64,000 nucleotides of DNA from Dipteris shenzhenensis (taxonomy: Eukaryota): the NCBI GenBank assembly GCA_047967505.1, contig CM106538.1. The stretch is one strand, 5' to 3'. Positions 62,044 through 64,000 of the stretch are shown here, piece by piece. The translations under genes were made by a program, and so were the position numbers. The notes beneath the pieces were generated by a model. The model had not been told where the DNA came from and searched no databases. It saw only the letters and a program-made list of their open reading frames with translations. How positions within the stretch are numbered: the stretch's first letter is position 1; each line of letters opens with the position of its first letter.

Positions 62044-63739
62044 ATGGAGTCATGGCTATGGCCGCTTTGGTCTTCCTCGCCATGGCTCCTCCTCCTCCTC
62101 TTCCTCTTCCTCCTCTCCCTCCTGCTAATTATCACCACCTCCATGATCTTCTCCGCCTCCTCCAAACTACCACCTGGCCCTCCTGCTTTGCCCATCATCG
62201 GCCACCTCCACCTCCTCGCCGATTTCTCACACCTTACCCTCGCCCGCTTCTCCAACATTTATGGCCCCCTCCTCTTCCTTCGCCTCGGTTACATGCCTGC
62301 CGTCGTCGTCTCCAGCCCAACCATGGCCAAAGAATTCCTGCTCACCCATGACAAAGCTTTTGCAGATCGCCCCTCACTAGAGCTCATCAAACGGGGAGCT
62401 TACGGATGGGAGAACAGTCTCATTTTTGCGTCGTATGGAGCTCGGTGGAGGAATTTACGGAGCTTGTGTACTCTTGAGTTATTCTCTTCCAAAAGGCTTC
62501 TGAAGCTTCAGGACATCAGAACGGAGGAGCTCCGGCGTAAGTTACGACGTATCCGGGAGCAGTCGCAGGGAGGGAAGCTACCCATCAACTTGGGTGAATG
62601 TTTAGGTGCTTTGATGTCGGATGTGGTCGGTCGGATGGTGTTCTCAGATCGAATATCCGACAGCAGATCAGGGCAAGGCGGCTCTTCGGTCAAGCATCTC
62701 ATTCACCGGATGTCTGCCTTGTTTGCAACCCCAGTGATAGGAGACTTCATTCCTTACCTTGGATGGTTAGACGTTAAAGTCAAGCGCGCTATGGATGAAC
62801 TTCACTGCCTGTTTGATGTGCTTCTGGAGGACGTTTTGACTAAGAGGCAACAGGAAAGAGACAGGAACTCCACGGAGGCCCCTAGGGATTTTCTTGATGT
62901 GCTTTTGTCCACTTCCATAATGGGTAGTGGCAAAGTACCTGACAAGACCACTGTCAAAGGCTTAATACCTGTAAGATCTCTACTCTCTTTCATGTTGCTG
63001 CTTTCGATAGAAATAGTTGGACGTCTTTCACGATGAAGAATTGTAGCAGTGCGCAGAGCGGTGGTACTATCGAGATAATATTATACATTTGCAGGATCTG
63101 CTGGCCGCTGGCATAGACACATCATCGAACACACTGGAATGGGCGATGGCAGAGCTGCTCAGGAATCCACGATGTCTGCAGAAACTTCAAGACGAACTGG
63201 ACACCGTTGCTCAGGGACGCTCGGGAGGCATGCTAGAAGAATCGAACACCCACAATCTTCCCTACTTGAGCTCTGTGATCAAGGAAACGTTCCGTCTGCA
63301 CCCCCCGGCCCCCTTTTTGATTCCTCATGCATCAATGGAAGCATGCACAGTGGCCGGGTATACGTTGCCAAAGCACACCAGACTGTTTGTAAATGTATGG
63401 GCAATAGGCAGAGATCCTAAAGTCTGGGAGAACCCACAACAATTCTGGCCCGAGAGGTTCGAAGACAAGAATATGGATGTGAGAGGGCAGCATTTCGAGC
63501 TGCTTCCTTTTGGGTCGGGGAGGCGAAGCTGTCCAGGCATGGCACTGGGGTTGTCGATGGTAGCGTTGACTCTGTCAAATCTTGTTCATAGCTTCGATTG
63601 GGAGCTTCCCGTTGGAATGAGTGCCCTAGAGCTGGACATGAGAGAAGTGAATGGTGTGACTCTATGCAAAGCAACTCCTCTCCTTGCCATTCCAAAGCCA
63701 CGATTATGTGGCAATGGCCTCAAAACTGAAGCCCTCTAA
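62044..63739 (+). CDS. Cytochrome P450, A-type/CYP71 clan, ~523 aa; exons 62044-62970 and 63095-63739
   Basis: N-terminal membrane anchor, LPPGP hinge, AGIDTS I-helix, KETFR (ExxR), PERF and PFGSGRRSCPG heme motif. One phase-0 GT-AG intron just before the I-helix, typical of A-type plant P450s. Family cannot be assigned by eye. Confidence 0.95.
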
Positions 63740-64000
63740 TGATAAGACCTTAGACTCCCATGGTAGTCGAATCTTGACTGACTCTTTAAAGATTTGGGTG
63801 TAAAAGGTTTGTTTTATTGCCTTGTACTCTTTACTAGAGTACTTGGGCCAAGGCAAAGTCCGGAGACTTGAAACCACCACCTAGCTCTAGTGCCTTCTTA
63901 GAGGGAGTGCTAGAGTGGAGGTTCGGATGCATGTAACTTTTAAATAACGTTGCTTAGGTAGAACGCCATGCTAAGCTAAATTAGGGATCACTCGCAAAGC

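Overview
Land-plant nuclear DNA, heavily transposon-derived and decayed mostly by C>T changes; a fern-like host is only an inference from repeat and intron style. Two host genes look intact: a 5-exon two-LIM-domain gene (28361-29569, +) and a 2-exon A-type (CYP71-clan) cytochrome P450 (62044-63739, +). The rest is nested mobile elements: a decayed Copia split by a young gag-only LTR element, Gypsy remnants, a LINE ORF1 remnant, a hAT-type MITE, and a Helentron/HLE2-type RepHel plus AP-endonuclease element (about 39950-60990) broken by two insertions. The most unusual object sits inside the Helentron helicase. It is a ~12.35 kb element with terminal inverted repeats beginning CATTACAAAA (45687-58040) and four inward-pointing genes, all now pseudogenised: a RAG1/Transib-like DDE transposase, a divergent histone H3 with CENH3-like features, an unknown two-exon ORF, and a BAH-domain-like gene. 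It may be a DNA transposon family with its own chromatin toolkit. All protein assignments are from manual translation and motif recognition; no database searches were run.
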